Shown: positions 31,209-41,638, counted from the first letter of the stretch. The stretch: DNA of 64,000 nt from an uncultured Actinomycetota bacterium (GCA_963767885.1 CAVYFW010000014.1:24420-88419), one strand, 5' to 3'. Program-made: numbers and translations. Notes: a model not told the origin generated them from the letters alone.

Positions 31209-32507
31209 TCACAGCGCCCTCCGGTTCGCGCGCTGCGAGACGCACAGCAGGAGGCCCACGAGGGCGAAGTTCGCCGTCACCGACGAGCCGCCGTAGGACA
31301 CGAAGGGCAGGGTCAGGCCCGTCAGCGGCACCAGCTTGGTGACGCCGCCGATGATGACGAAGGCCTGGAAGCAGAAGGCGAAGGTGAGCCCGACGGCGAG
31401 CAGCTTCGAGAAGCCGTCGCCGGCCACCGCGGCGATCTTCAGGCCGCGCCAGGCGAAGAGGACGTAGAGCAGGATCAGGCCGGCCGCCCCGGCGAAGCCC
31501 GTCTCGGTCGCGATGACCGAGTAGATGAAGTCCGTCTGCGCGTAGGGGATGACGGTGTTGCCGCTGTCGGTGACCACGAAGCCGCGCCCGAGGCCGGTGC
31601 CGAAGATGCCGCCGTCGGCGATCGTGTACAGCGACTGCACGATCTGGAAGCCGTTGTCGTGCTCGTCCTTCCAGGGGTCGAGCCACGCCTGCAGGCGCTC
31701 GTCGACCTGCGGCGCGACCTGCGCCGCGAGCCAGGCCCCGAGCGCGAAGAGCCCGACGCCGAACGCGACGTACAGCCAGCGGCCGGTGGCGACGTAGACC
31801 ATCGCGATGACCGTGCCGTAGAGCAGGAACGACGAGCCGAGGTCGTTCATGCGCACGAGCAGCACCAGCGCCGCGCCGCTCATCAGGAGCAGCGGCAGCG
31901 TGTGGCGGAGCGCGGGGATGCCGATGCGCAGGACCGTGCGGCTCGGCCGCTCCAGCACCTCGCGGTGGTCGCGCAGGTAGCCCGCGAGGAACACCACCAG
32001 CAGCACCTTCGCGAACTCGCCGGGCTGGATCTGGTAGCCGCCGATGCGGATCCAGAGGCGCGCGCCGTTGACCTCGGCGCCGACCACCAGCGTCGCCGCG
32101 AGCAGCACCAGCGCCGTGACGCCGCAGGTGTAGCGCAGCGACTCGAGCCGCCGCAGGTCGCGGCCGATCGCGCAGACGCCCGCGAAGAGGGCGACGCCGA
32201 TGGCGATCCAGAGGCCCTGGTCGCGGGCGAGCTCCGGGTCGATGCGGTAGATCTCGATCTCGCCGATCGCCGTCAGCGTCGCCACCAGCGGCAGCAGGCT
32301 CGGATCGGCGTCGGGCAGCGTCAGGCGCAGCACCATGTGCGCCACGAGGTAGAGCGCGAAGAAGAACGCGGCGTACGACAGCGACGCCGTCGACACCTCG
32401 TTCTCGCGCGCCGCGAAGACCGCCCCGAAGCCGGCGGCGGTGAGGAGGCCTACGAGGACGAGCGTGAAGAGCTCGCGGTTGCGCGGCCTGGCGAGCCGCG
32501 CGATCAA
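31209..32507 (-). CDS. rodA: SEDS peptidoglycan polymerase RodA/FtsW
   Basis: RNREL, GARLWI, QPGEFAK, NDLG, TDFIYS, PLTGLTLPFVSYGGSS; TTG overlaps pstP stop. Confidence 0.93.
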   Translation of the reverse strand: MIARLARPRNRELFTLVLVGLLTAAGFGAVFAARENEVSTASLSYAAFFFALYLVAHMVLRLTLPDADPSLLPLVATLTAIGEIEIYRIDPELARDQGLWIAIGVALFAGVCAIGRDLRRLESLRYTCGVTALVLLAATLVVGAEVNGARLWIRIGGYQIQPGEFAKVLLVVFLAGYLRDHREVLERPSRTVLRIGIPALRHTLPLLLMSGAALVLLVRMNDLGSSFLLYGTVIAMVYVATGRWLYVAFGVGLFALGAWLAAQVAPQVDERLQAWLDPWKDEHDNGFQIVQSLYTIADGGIFGTGLGRGFVVTDSGNTVIPYAQTDFIYSVIATETGFAGAAGLILLYVLFAWRGLKIAAVAGDGFSKLLAVGLTFAFCFQAFVIIGGVTKLVPLTGLTLPFVSYGGSSVTANFALVGLLLCVSQRANRRAL

Positions 32508-33662
32508 CTCGCCGCGGGCTCCGTATCCGCGCGGGTCGACGCGTCCCACGGGCGCGTCGCCGCGATGCGGCCGACGCGACGCTGGGCCTCGCCCAGCGAC
32601 ACGAGCTCGTGGTCGAACAGGGCCTCGCGCTCCTGCTGGCTCAGGGTCGCGACGAGCACGGGGCTCGTGTCGACCTGCCGGTACAGGCGCAGGCCGGCCC
32701 CGAGGTCGAGCGGCACGCCCTGGTAGACCGCGACGCGCCCGCTGTCGGAGGCGCCGACGAAGTGCGCCCAGCGCAGCCCGGCGACGCCCAGCACCGCGGC
32801 GGCCACGAGCAGGAACACCAGCAGCGCGAGCAGGAAGGCGCGCCGGAAGTGCGTCGGCCTTCGGCGGGGGCGGCGGCGCGGGCGGCTCGTACTGGATGCG
32901 CGGCATCGCGGCCGGCTCGATCTGCTCGTGCTCCTCCGTGGCGCCGTCGCCGATGCGGAAGACGATGGCGGTGACGTTGTCGTCGCCCCCGGCCGCGTTG
33001 GCCGCGACCACGAGCTCCCGCGCGACCTGCTGCAGGCCCGCCCCGCTCGACAGGATGCGCAGCATCTCGTCCTCGCCGACCATGCCGGAGAGGCCGTCCG
33101 AGCACAGCAGGACGACGTCGCCCTCCTGCGCGTCGATGCTCCACGTGTCGACGTCGACGTCGTCGTCCGCGCCGAGCGCGCGCGTGATGATGCTGCGCTG
33201 CGGATGCCGCGCGGCCTCGTCGGGCGTCAGCGCGCCGCGGCGCACGAGCTCGCCGACCAGCGAGTGGTCGTCGGAGACCTGCTGCAGCGCGCCGTCCCGC
33301 AGCAGGTAGGCCCGCGAGTCGCCGACGTGGCCGAAGGAGATGCGCCCGTCGTTGACCAGCGCCGCCGTCACGGTCGTGCCCATGCCGGCGGCGTTCGGGT
33401 CGTTGCGCGCGCGGTCGTGGATGCGGCGGTTCGCCTCGCGGATGGAGCGGGTCAGCGACTCCTCGCCGTCCCAGCCCGGCCGCGTCTCCGTGCGGGTCAG
33501 CACCTCGATGGCGAGGGCCGACGCGACCTCGCCGGCGTTGGCACCGCCCATGCCGTCGGCAACGACGAACAGGGGCGAGGCGATCAGGTGCGAGTCCTCG
33601 TTGGAGCGCCGCACCTGCCCGACGTCCGTTGCCGACCCGATCTCGACGACCTGCAGGCTCAT
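32504..33662 (-). CDS. pstP: PP2C-family Ser/Thr phosphatase with TM anchor (frameshift near 32850)
   Basis: TDVGQVRRSNEDS, VADGMGG, GMGTT, HVGDSRAY, LCSDGL, GGDDNVT; TM and extracellular part in ORF 32504..32818. Confidence 0.9.
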
Positions 33663-34153
33663 CCGCCGCCACCCCCGGACCGGTAGGTCATCTCGGTGCT
33701 GCCGACGACGACGCTGTCGCCCGCCCGCAGCCGCCGCTCCGCCGCGAGCCGCTGTCCGTTCACGAACGTGCCGTTGGTCGACCCGAGGTCCTCGAGGTAG
33801 ACGTCGTCACCGCGCCGGAACACGCGCGCGTGGCGTCCTGACGCGAACTCGTCCCCCTCCAGCACCGCGTCGGCTTCCGGCCCGCGCCCGAACACCACGG
33901 TATCGTCGCAGAGCACGACGGTGCCTGCCGGGAAGGCCGGGCTGGACGTGACGACCAGCTGGCCGGGCCCCTGCGGCGCGCGTGCCGGCCGCGCGGGGGC
34001 GGCCACGCCGCCGGCCATCGCGGGCGCCAGGATCATGCTGTCCTGGGTGCCGCCGCGCACGTCGCGCACGCTCAGGCGGACGATGCGCCAGACGACGAGG
34101 TACAGGAGCACCACGAAGGCGACCCGCAGGACGACCAGGACCTGCTCGACCAT
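33659..34153 (-). CDS. fhaB: Membrane-anchored FHA-domain protein FhaB/FipA
   Basis: N-terminal TM, FHA motifs FGR, SGRHA, DLGSTNGT. Confidence 0.88.
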   Translation of the reverse strand: MVEQVLVVLRVAFVVLLYLVVWRIVRLSVRDVRGGTQDSMILAPAMAGGVAAPARPARAPQGPGQLVVTSSPAFPAGTVVLCDDTVVFGRGPEADAVLEGDEFASGRHARVFRRGDDVYLEDLGSTNGTFVNGQRLAAERRLRAGDSVVVGSTEMTYRSGGGGG

Positions 34154-34157
34154 TCGG

Positions 34158-35399
34158 CTACGTCCGCTTGCGCTCGAGCCTGAGGGTGGTCGTGCCGAGC
34201 GTGAGGACGTCGCCGGCCGTCACGGGCGCCTCGCGGACGCGCCGGCCGTTGACGAGGGAGCCGTTCGTGGAGTCGAGGTCGCGCAGCACGAAGCCGCCGC
34301 CGTGGCGGACGAGCTCGGCGTGCCGGCGCGAGACGTTGGTGTCGGCGAGGACGACGTCGCAGTCGCGGCTGCGGCCGAGCACGATGGCGCGGCGCTCGAT
34401 CGCGAAGCGGCCGCCGGGCCAGGTGAGGGCCCACTCCTCGCGCACCAGGTCGCGCGCGCCGGCCTCGTGCTGCGACAGCACCATCGTGTCGGGCGCCGGC
34501 GCGGCCTGCGGGCGGCGCGACTCCGGCAGCGGCTCGGGGATGGGCGGGATGGGGTCCGGGATGGGCGGCGGACCGGGTCCGGCTCGGGCAGCGGATCGGG
34601 CTCGGGCAGCGGGTCGGGCACCGACGGCAGGGCGAGCTCGGTGCCGGCCTCCGGGTCGACCGGCGGGGCGACGTCGGGCGCGACGTCGGGCTCCGCGTCC
34701 GCCTCCGGGTCCGCGGCCTCGGCGGCGGCCGGCTCTGCCTCGACCGCGGCGACGGCTGGCGGCCTCCAGGGGCTCGTAGTCCGCCGACGCCTCGGGATCC
34801 TCGATGGCCGGGTGCCCCGCCAGCGAGTCCTCGATCGAGGCGTCGACGTCCGACGGCGCGGGTTCGGGCTCCGGCGGCCGGCGGCGGGCCACGGCTGCGA
34901 CCGGCGCGACGGGAGGCGCGTCCTCGGCGAACGAGGACTCGTCGGTGCCGACCATGAACTCGGCCGGCAGCTCCCCCTCACGCGTGGCGCGTCCGTTGGG
35001 GCGCGGCTTGGCGGCCGGGCGGGCCCGCGGCGCCTCCTGCATGGCGACCGAGATGCCGAAGCTGCCCAGCGGGAGCTCCTCGGCGCTCTCGATGAGCACG
35101 CGGATGCGGCCGGGCACGGTGTAGCCCTCACGCCGGGCGTGCTCGCCGAGGTACGAGGCGAGCTCCGTGCGGAGCGACGCCTCGTAGGTGGCGAACTGCT
35201 CGCGGTCGGTCGGCGCGAGGTAGAGCGTGTAGACGTTCGGGACGTAGACCTGCGAGACCGAGATGGTCCGGTGGTCGTCCATCTCCTTGGCCAGCTTGCG
35301 GGCGAGCTCCACGGGCTGCACGTGCGAGCGGAAGGTCCGCCCGATGCCGCCCTCGAAGACGCCTTCGAGGCCGTTCTCGATGCGTCGGAGGAAGCCCAT
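34158..35399 (-). CDS. fhaA: FhaA (DUF3662 + Pro/acidic linker + FHA; compensating frameshifts within the linker)
   Basis: VQPVELARKLAKEMD...VPNVY, C-terminal LGRS, VSRRHA, DLDSTNGS. Confidence 0.88.
   Translation of the reverse strand: MGFLRRIENGLEGVFEGGIGRTFRSHVQPVELARKLAKEMDDHRTISVSQVYVPNVYTLYLAPTDREQFATYEASLRTELASYLGEHARREGYTVPGRIRVLIESAEELPLGSFGISVAMQEAPRARPAAKPRPNGRATREGELPAEFMVGTDESSFAEDAPPVAPVAAVARRRPPEPEPAPSDVDASIEDSLAGHPAIEDPEASADYEPLEAASRRRGRGRAGRRRGRGPGGGRGARRRARRRPAGRPGGRHRARPAVGARPAARARSAARAGPGPPPIPDPIPPIPEPLPESRRPQAAPAPDTMVLSQHEAGARDLVREEWALTWPGGRFAIERRAIVLGRSRDCDVVLADTNVSRRHAELVRHGGGFVLRDLDSTNGSLVNGRRVREAPVTAGDVLTLGTTTLRLERKRT
34575..34618. repeat. 18-bp tandem repeat (about 2.4 copies) encoding PDPLPE in the FhaA linker
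   Basis: gggtccggctcgggcagc / ggatcgggctcgggcagc / gggtcggg. Confidence 0.7.
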
Positions 35400-35426
35400 G
35401 GTCTAGGTCAAGCCGGTAGACCATGG
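35396..35426 (-). promoter_or_regulatory. 10-bp inverted repeat covering the fhaA start codon
   Basis: CCATGGTCTA (35396-35405), 11 nt, TAGACCATGG (35417-35426). Confidence 0.5.
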
Positions 35427-35442
35427 TTCCCGGCGCGGCCCC

Positions 35443-37479
35443 TCATCGATCCTGGGGCGTGGAACGGGCATGGTCGCTGGTCGCGGGGTCGCCGCCCGCC
35501 TCGACGAGCGCGGAGCGAAACGCGAGGAGTATAGCTACGAGGATGGTGCCCACCGCCGTCGGGGCGAGCGGCGCCGGGGGTGCGCCCCACACCACAGGCA
35601 GGAGCACCGTGAGCGCGGCCGCCATGCTCAGCCAGACGGCGCCGAACCAGGCCGCGCGCGGGCCGGCGAGCTGCAGGGCGGGCCGGCCGACCACCGCCAG
35701 GAGGCCCCACGCCGCGGCCACGCCGAAGGTGGCCGGGCCGGCGGCGTCGAGCACGAGCCGCACGGCGTCGAACGGGTCGTCGAGGCCGGCCAGCGACGCG
35801 CTCAGGCCCTGACCGGGCGCGGTGTCGGACAGGCCGAGCGGGCGCCCGGCGAGCCCGGCGGCGAGGGTGATCGCGAGGGCGCCGGCGGCGCCGAGGGCGA
35901 AGCGGACGTGGGCGCGCGCCGACGTGGTCGACGCCAGCAGGTAGAGCGGCGCCAGGCCGAGCAGCGCGAGCGGCGGCGCGAGGGCGGGCAGGACGGCGCG
36001 GCGGCGGTCGGCGGCGGCCAGCACGGGCCAGGCCAGCACGACGACGGCGGCCGGCGCGACCAGGCCCAGCGCGAGGTTGCCGAGCAGCGGCAGCGCGAGC
36101 GCCCCGACCAGGAGCACCGCCAGCAGCGGGCGCGCGACGGCGACCAGGCCGACCAGGATGCCGAGCACGACCGCCCAGCCCGTGGGGTAGAACGGCAGGG
36201 CACCGAGCAGCGGGATCGCGCCGATGGCGGCCGCGAGCCCGGTGGCGGGCCGCACCAGGCGGGCGCGGGTCGGGGCGTCGAGGGCGCCGACGAAGGGCAG
36301 CGCGGGCGCCTCGATGGCGCCGAGCCGAGCGGACAGGCGGCGGACGGCTGCGGCCGGATCGCCGAGCAGCGAGTGCTCGGCGGAGTCCTCGTGCTCCACG
36401 GGCCCGGTCGCCGGCGCCGGCTGCGGGCCGAGCGGCACGGCCGGATGCGCCATGGCGGCGACGGCGCGCTCCACGGTGTCGGGCGCCGGCGTCGGCACCA
36501 GCCGCAGGCGCGGCCGGCGGCGCGGCAGGAGGCGCGGCCGGGTGGCGAGGCGGCGCCGCAGGCGGTGCATGCGGCGCGCGGCGGGCGGCGGCTCGTCGAG
36601 GCGCAGCGCCGCGGTGGCGGTCCCGTCCAGCCCGCGCTCGATCTGGCGCGCGCCCGCGAGCAGCGCGTCGCGCAGCCGCTCGGCCTCGGGGCGGCGCGCG
36701 GGGTCGAGCTCCAGGGCGCTCTCCAGCACCCGCACGACGGGCGCCGGCAGCTCGGGCCGCGCCTCGGAGAGCGGCACGCGGTGGGTCTGGTGCAGGTCGA
36801 CGAGGTCGCGCGGCGTGCGGGCGCGGTAGGGATTGGTGCCGGTCAGCGCCTCGTACGCCATCAGCGCGGAGGACCAGACGTCGGCCGCGCCGGTGACCGG
36901 CCGGCCGCGCACCTGCTCCGGCGCCATGTAGGACAGCGTGCCGAGCAGGCGGTCGTCGGCCGTCGCGTCGGGGTGGTCGACGAACGCGATGCCGAAGTCG
37001 GTCAGCTTGAGGATGCCGTCGTCGCGCACCAGCACGTTGCCGGGCTTCACGTCGCGATGCACGACTCCACGCGCGTGCGCATGCCCGAGTGCGTCGCAGA
37101 CCGCCGCGACCGCCCGCAGGATCGCGGCGTCGTCCAGCTCACCCGCGCGGAGCACCCCGGCGAGGTCCTGGCCCCGCACGAGCTCGAAGACGACGTACAC
37201 GTAGTCGTCGTCCTCGGCGGTGTCGAGCAGCCGCACGATGGCGGGGTGATCGAGCGTCGCGGCGACGCGCATCTCGCGGCGCGCCCGGCGCTGGAGCCGC
37301 TCGTCGCGCGGGATCGCCTTGAGCGCGACCGCGCTGCCGTCGCGCTCGTCGACCGCCTCGAAGACGGTCGCCGTGCCGCCGACGCCGAGCACGTCGAGGA
37401 TGCGGAAGCGCTCCGCGACGACGCCCTCGGGGAACAGCGCAGGCGTGTGTGCCGCGCGCCGTCCGGCGTGCGCCGTCAC
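35443..37479 (-). CDS. Ser/Thr protein kinase with multi-TM C-terminal domain
   Basis: LGVGGTATV, VALK, HRDVKPGN, DFG, GTLSYMAPE; about 9-10 hydrophobic helices; GGAGGA SD before GTG 37479. Confidence 0.85.
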   Translation of the reverse strand: MTAHAGRRAAHTPALFPEGVVAERFRILDVLGVGGTATVFEAVDERDGSAVALKAIPRDERLQRRARREMRVAATLDHPAIVRLLDTAEDDDYVYVVFELVRGQDLAGVLRAGELDDAAILRAVAAVCDALGHAHARGVVHRDVKPGNVLVRDDGILKLTDFGIAFVDHPDATADDRLLGTLSYMAPEQVRGRPVTGAADVWSSALMAYEALTGTNPYRARTPRDLVDLHQTHRVPLSEARPELPAPVVRVLESALELDPARRPEAERLRDALLAGARQIERGLDGTATAALRLDEPPPAARRMHRLRRRLATRPRLLPRRRPRLRLVPTPAPDTVERAVAAMAHPAVPLGPQPAPATGPVEHEDSAEHSLLGDPAAAVRRLSARLGAIEAPALPFVGALDAPTRARLVRPATGLAAAIGAIPLLGALPFYPTGWAVVLGILVGLVAVARPLLAVLLVGALALPLLGNLALGLVAPAAVVVLAWPVLAAADRRRAVLPALAPPLALLGLAPLYLLASTTSARAHVRFALGAAGALAITLAAGLAGRPLGLSDTAPGQGLSASLAGLDDPFDAVRLVLDAAGPATFGVAAAWGLLAVVGRPALQLAGPRAAWFGAVWLSMAAALTVLLPVVWGAPPAPLAPTAVGTILVAILLAFRSALVEAGGDPATSDHARSTPQDR

Positions 37480-37567
37480 GCTCCTCCCCGACGAGTGCGG
37501 GAAGGGACGGATGGTAGAGTGGCGAAACCTTCGGGGTGTTGAGCCACGGCTCACCGTTTCGCGCTCC

Positions 37568-38797
37568 ATGCTGGCCTTCCTTTCCTTCTTCGAAGAGCTC
37601 GAGGTCGACGAGCAGCCGACCGAGGAGGCCCAACCCCGTAGACGCCCGCGGATGCCTCGACGGCCCGGCAGCGGAGGCGGCGGCGGGCGCTCCGGCGGCG
37701 GCCGCACGCCCGGGCTCCAGCGGCTGCTCATCCTGGCCGGCGTGGTGCTGCTGGTCGCCGTCATCGCGATCTGGCAGATCCGCTCGTGCCAGCGCGACCA
37801 GGAGGTCAAGTCCTACAAGGACTTCGTCGGCGACTCGAACACCATCGCCAAGACGTCGACCGACATCGGCAAGGAGTTCTCGGGCGCGATCATCAAGCAG
37901 GGCCAGACGCCGGACGCGCTCCTCTCGACCATCGAGCAGGAGATCTCCAAGCAGCAGGGCGTCGTGAGAACGCGGCGGCGCTCGACGGCCCCGGCGCGAT
38001 GGGCGGCCTGCAGCCGTACTTCCTGAACTCCATGCAGTACCGGCAGAGCGGCCTCCAGGGCGTGCACGACGCGCTCGAGCAGGCGTTCTCCAACCAGAAC
38101 CGCCAGGACAAGTCGGTGACGCAGGACGAGGCCGCGCAGGTCTCGGCGACCCTCAACCGGCTGATCGCGTCCGACGTCGTCTACGAGGACTCCTACCGCC
38201 AGCCGGCCGTCGCGGTGCTGAAGGACAAGAACATCGAGGGCGTGGCCGTCGATCCCTCGGTCTTCGTCGACGAGCGCGTGATGGAGCTCGCCAGCCCGAA
38301 GCAGATGCAGGTCATCCTGGAGTCGATCCTCGGCGGCACGCCGGCGGCGGACACCAGCACCGACGGCGGCACCGATACGTCCGGCACTGACACGCAGACG
38401 GACGCGAACGGCCGGCACGGCCTGTCGCTCGACGCGGACTGCTGCTCCTACCTGGCGGGCCCGCAACGCCGCGGCCAAGCAGCTCTCGCCGACGGAGCTC
38501 AACGAGGCGGACGCGAACTCCGACGGCCCGATGACGCTGCGCGTGCAGGTCAAGAACTCCGGCGACTTCCCCGAGAGCGATCTGACCGTCACGGTGCAGA
38601 TCGACGACAAGGAGTTCACGCAGAAGATCACGGCCCTCGACAAGGGCCAGGAGGAGACCGTCGACATCGAGTTCACGATCGATGACATCGACGTGTCGCT
38701 CGAGACCTCCATCACCGTGACCGCCGAGCCCGTCGAGAACGAGTTCAACAAGCAGAACAACCAGCAGAAGTTCCGCGTGCAGTTCCAGCTCGCGTAG
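37568..38797 (+). CDS. Membrane-anchored protein with helical region and C-terminal CARDB/Ig-like domain (frameshifts near 37965 and 38465)
   Basis: TM LLILAGVVLLVAVIAIW; C-terminal VQVKNSG...EPVENEFNKQNN; spread over three ORFs. Confidence 0.7.
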
Positions 38798-38806
38798 CGC
38801 GGGACG

Positions 38807-39286
38807 TTGGATCTCTCGGACTCGACCACGGTCGTCGCCCTCGTGGCGCTCGGCCTCGCCCTGGCGGAACTCGTCCTGTGCGTCTGGTTCCTGCTCTGGG
38901 TGCGGCGCGTGCGCGGCGCGCAGCGGGCGCTCCTGGCCGGCAAGAACGTCGACCTCGTCGAGTTCGCGGTCGGCATGCAGGCCCGGCAGGAGCAGGTGGA
39001 GGCGATCGTCGACGCCTTCGAGGCGCGCCTGCAGTCGGCCGAGACGCACGTCGGCGCGGCCCTGCAGCGGCGGGCGCTGGTGCGCTACGACGCGCTCGGC
39101 GACGGCGGCGGCAACCAGTCGACGTCCCTGGCGATCCTCGACGCCACCGGCACCGGCCTCGTGATCTCCGCGATCCAGGGCCGCGACTACGCCCGCATCT
39201 ACGTGAAGGACGTGGTGGACGGCGAGGCGGGCTCGATCGACCTGACGCCCGAGGAGCGCCACGCCGTGGAGCGCGCGCGCGGCTGA
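38807..39286 (+). CDS. DUF4446-family membrane protein
   Basis: N-terminal TM, VRYDA..GGNQSTSLAILD..G.VISAIQGRD.ARIYVK, LTPEE. Confidence 0.85.
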   Translation: MDLSDSTTVVALVALGLALAELVLCVWFLLWVRRVRGAQRALLAGKNVDLVEFAVGMQARQEQVEAIVDAFEARLQSAETHVGAALQRRALVRYDALGDGGGNQSTSLAILDATGTGLVISAIQGRDYARIYVKDVVDGEAGSIDLTPEERHAVERARG

Positions 39287-39298
39287 GCGCCGGTCCGC

Positions 39299-40133
39299 CT
39301 ACGCGGCGGGCGGGTCGTACAGCCGGCAGCCGGGGTTGGCGGAGCGCCGGGCGCGCGCTGCGGCCTCGATCGACGCGGCGAGCTCCTCGGCAGCGGAACG
39401 GCGATCGCCGGGGGGCGGGACGCGCCGCGGCGCGGTGCGCGGACGCTGCACGCGACGGTGCGGCGCCGCCCCCGGGCGCGGGCCGTGCTCGACCGGGGCG
39501 GGCGCGCGGCGCGGCAGGTCGGCCGCTGGCCTCGGCTGCTCGCGCACGAGCAGCATCGCCCGCTGCGAGCAGCCGCAGGCGGTAGATCGCGGCGGCGACG
39601 GCCTCGCGGAACCAGGAGCCGGCCATCGTCTGCCGGTACTCGTCGGCGAGCGCCGTCAGGCCCTCGGCGTCGACGACGACGCAGCCGATGCGGCGCAGCG
39701 CGGCGACGCGCTCCGGGGCGACGTCGTCCCCGGCCAGCCACACGGTCGGCCGCACGTCGTCGGACGACACGAGCCGGCCGCCGCAGCGCCGGAGGATCGC
39801 CGCGAGCTCCGCCTCGCCGGTCGGCGGCGTGCCGAGGACGGCGACCTGCGCGCGGTGCAGCGCCTCGAGCCGGCGCGCGCGGGCGTCGTGCTCCGTGTGC
39901 AGCATCGCGATGCCGCCGAGCGCGGACGGGTGGGGCAGGCGCGGCGCGGGGCCGGCGGCGCGGGCTCGGCGAGCGCCGCCACGGGCAGGGTGGCGCGCGG
40001 CGCCTCGGGCTCGGCCGGCGGCGGCGCGCGCGGGCGCCGGGCGTCCGGGTGCTGCGGTGCGCGGCGCGGCGGGCGAGGGCTCGAGGCCCGCGAACCGCCG
40101 GTAGGCGTCCAGGATGCGGCGGGTCACGCTCAC
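39299..40133 (-). CDS. Hypothetical protein with degenerate BRCT-like domain (frameshift near 39560)
   Basis: VAVLGTPPTGEAELAAILRRCGGRLVSSDDVRPTVWLAGDDVAPERVAALRRIGCVVVDAEGL follows the LigA-type BRCT pattern; GGGAGG SD near the start; C-terminus in ORF 39299..39556. Confidence 0.55.
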
Positions 40134-40280
40134 CTCCCCGGATATCGACGGCCGTTCACGGACCGCCTCCCCCCATCGGGGCCGACCGTGACGGGACACA
40201 CCGCGGTGGTGCGCCGTGGCGGCCCGGGACGTGCGGAACCCCTCTGCTACCCTGGCATCACTGCCGGTCAGGGGAGTTCC

Positions 40281-40788
40281 GTGCCGAACCACGTCCTCGT
40301 GCTGAACGCGACCTATGAGCCGCTGAACGTCACGAGCGTCTGGCGTGCCTGCTCCCTGGTGTTGTCCGCAGAAGGCCGAGGTGATCGAGGCGCATCCCGA
40401 GCGCGTCATACGGTCACCATCGACCACCCTGCCGCATCCGGTCGTGATCCGGCTGCGCAGCTACGTCCGGGTGCCGCGCTTCCAGGCCCGTCGCATCACG
40501 CGGCGGGCCGTGTTCGCTCGGGACGGCTACCGCTGCCAGTACTGCGGCACGACCTCGCGCCTCACGGTCGACCACGTCCTGCCACGCTCACGTGGCGGCG
40601 AGTCGACGTGGGACAACATCGTCACGGCCTGCGCGCCGTGCAACCTGGAGAAGGGCGACCGCCTGCCGACCGAGATCGGCATGACGCTCCGCACGGTCCC
40701 GCGCACGCCGCACGCGTCGCTGTTCCTGACGCTGGGCGCACCGGCGATCCCGCCCTCCTGGGAGTCGTACCTCGCCTACGTCTCGTAG
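40281..40788 (+). CDS. HNH endonuclease, McrA-like (frameshift near 40368)
   Basis: VLVLNATYEPLNV, PVVIRL, RDGYRCQYCG, TVDHVLPRSRGG, CAPCNLEKG. Confidence 0.9.
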
Positions 40789-41632
40789 CGGCGACCGCCT
40801 CCCCGGCCCGCTCGTCAGCGCCGACTGGCTCGCCGCCCACCTCGACGAGGTGCGCGTCGTCGACGTCCGCTGGTACCTCGACGGGCGCTCCGGCCGCGCC
40901 GCCTACGCGTCCGGGCACATCACGGGCGCCGTGTGGGCCGACACCGACGCCGACCTCGCCGGGCCGCCGAGCGAGGAGGGCGGGCGCCATCCGCTGCCCA
41001 CGCCCGAGCACTTCGCCGCGGCCATGGAGCGGCTCGGCATCGACAACGGCGACGCCGTCGTGGCCTACGACGACGCGTTCGGGTCGATCGCCGCGCGCCT
41101 CTGGTGGATGCTGCGCTCCGTCGGCGTCGAGGCCGCCGTCCTCGACGGCGGCCTGCAGGCCTGGCCCGCGCCGCTGACCACCGACGTGCCGGCGCCGCGC
41201 ACCGCCCGCTTCGCGCCGCGGCCCTGGCCCGCCGACGCGTACGTCGACACGGCGCAGGTCGACGAGCTGCGCGGCGACGCGCGGGCGCTGCTGCTGGACG
41301 CGCGCACCGCGGCCCGCTTCCGCGGCGAGGACAGCGGCGGCGTCGACCGCCGGCTCGGCCACGTCCCGGGCGCCCGCAGCGCGCCGTGGGGCGCCAACGT
41401 CGACGAGGCGACCGGACGCCTGCGCACGGCCGCCGAGCTGCGCGAGCGCTACGCGGCGCTCGGTGCCGGCGAGGCCGACGTGGTCGTCGCGTCCTGCGGC
41501 TCCGGCGTCACGGCCTGCCACGACCTGCTGGCGCTCGCGGTCGCGGGCTTCGAGCACCTGGCGCTCTACCCCGGCTCCTGGTCGGCGTGGTCCGCGGACC
41601 CGGAGCGTCCCGCGGCCACCGGCGACGCGTAG
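40785..41632 (+). CDS. Sulfurtransferase, tandem rhodanese (SseA-like); start codon apparently lost to a 1-nt deletion
   Basis: LVSADWL, GHITGA, GRHPLP, LLDAR, CGSGVTAC, LYPGSWSAW. Confidence 0.88.
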
Positions 41633-41638
41633 CCGGCC

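Noticed and set aside
31209-33662. Apparent 817-aa PstP-RodA fusion in the ORF track
   Set aside because: Produced by a frameshift near 32850; the PstP TM/C-terminus is in ORF 32504..32818 and rodA has its own overlapping TTG start
40281-40788. HNH nuclease as a defence or mobile system
   Set aside because: Short widespread stand-alone type; no methylase, repeats, RuvC motifs or adjacent guide-like RNA seen
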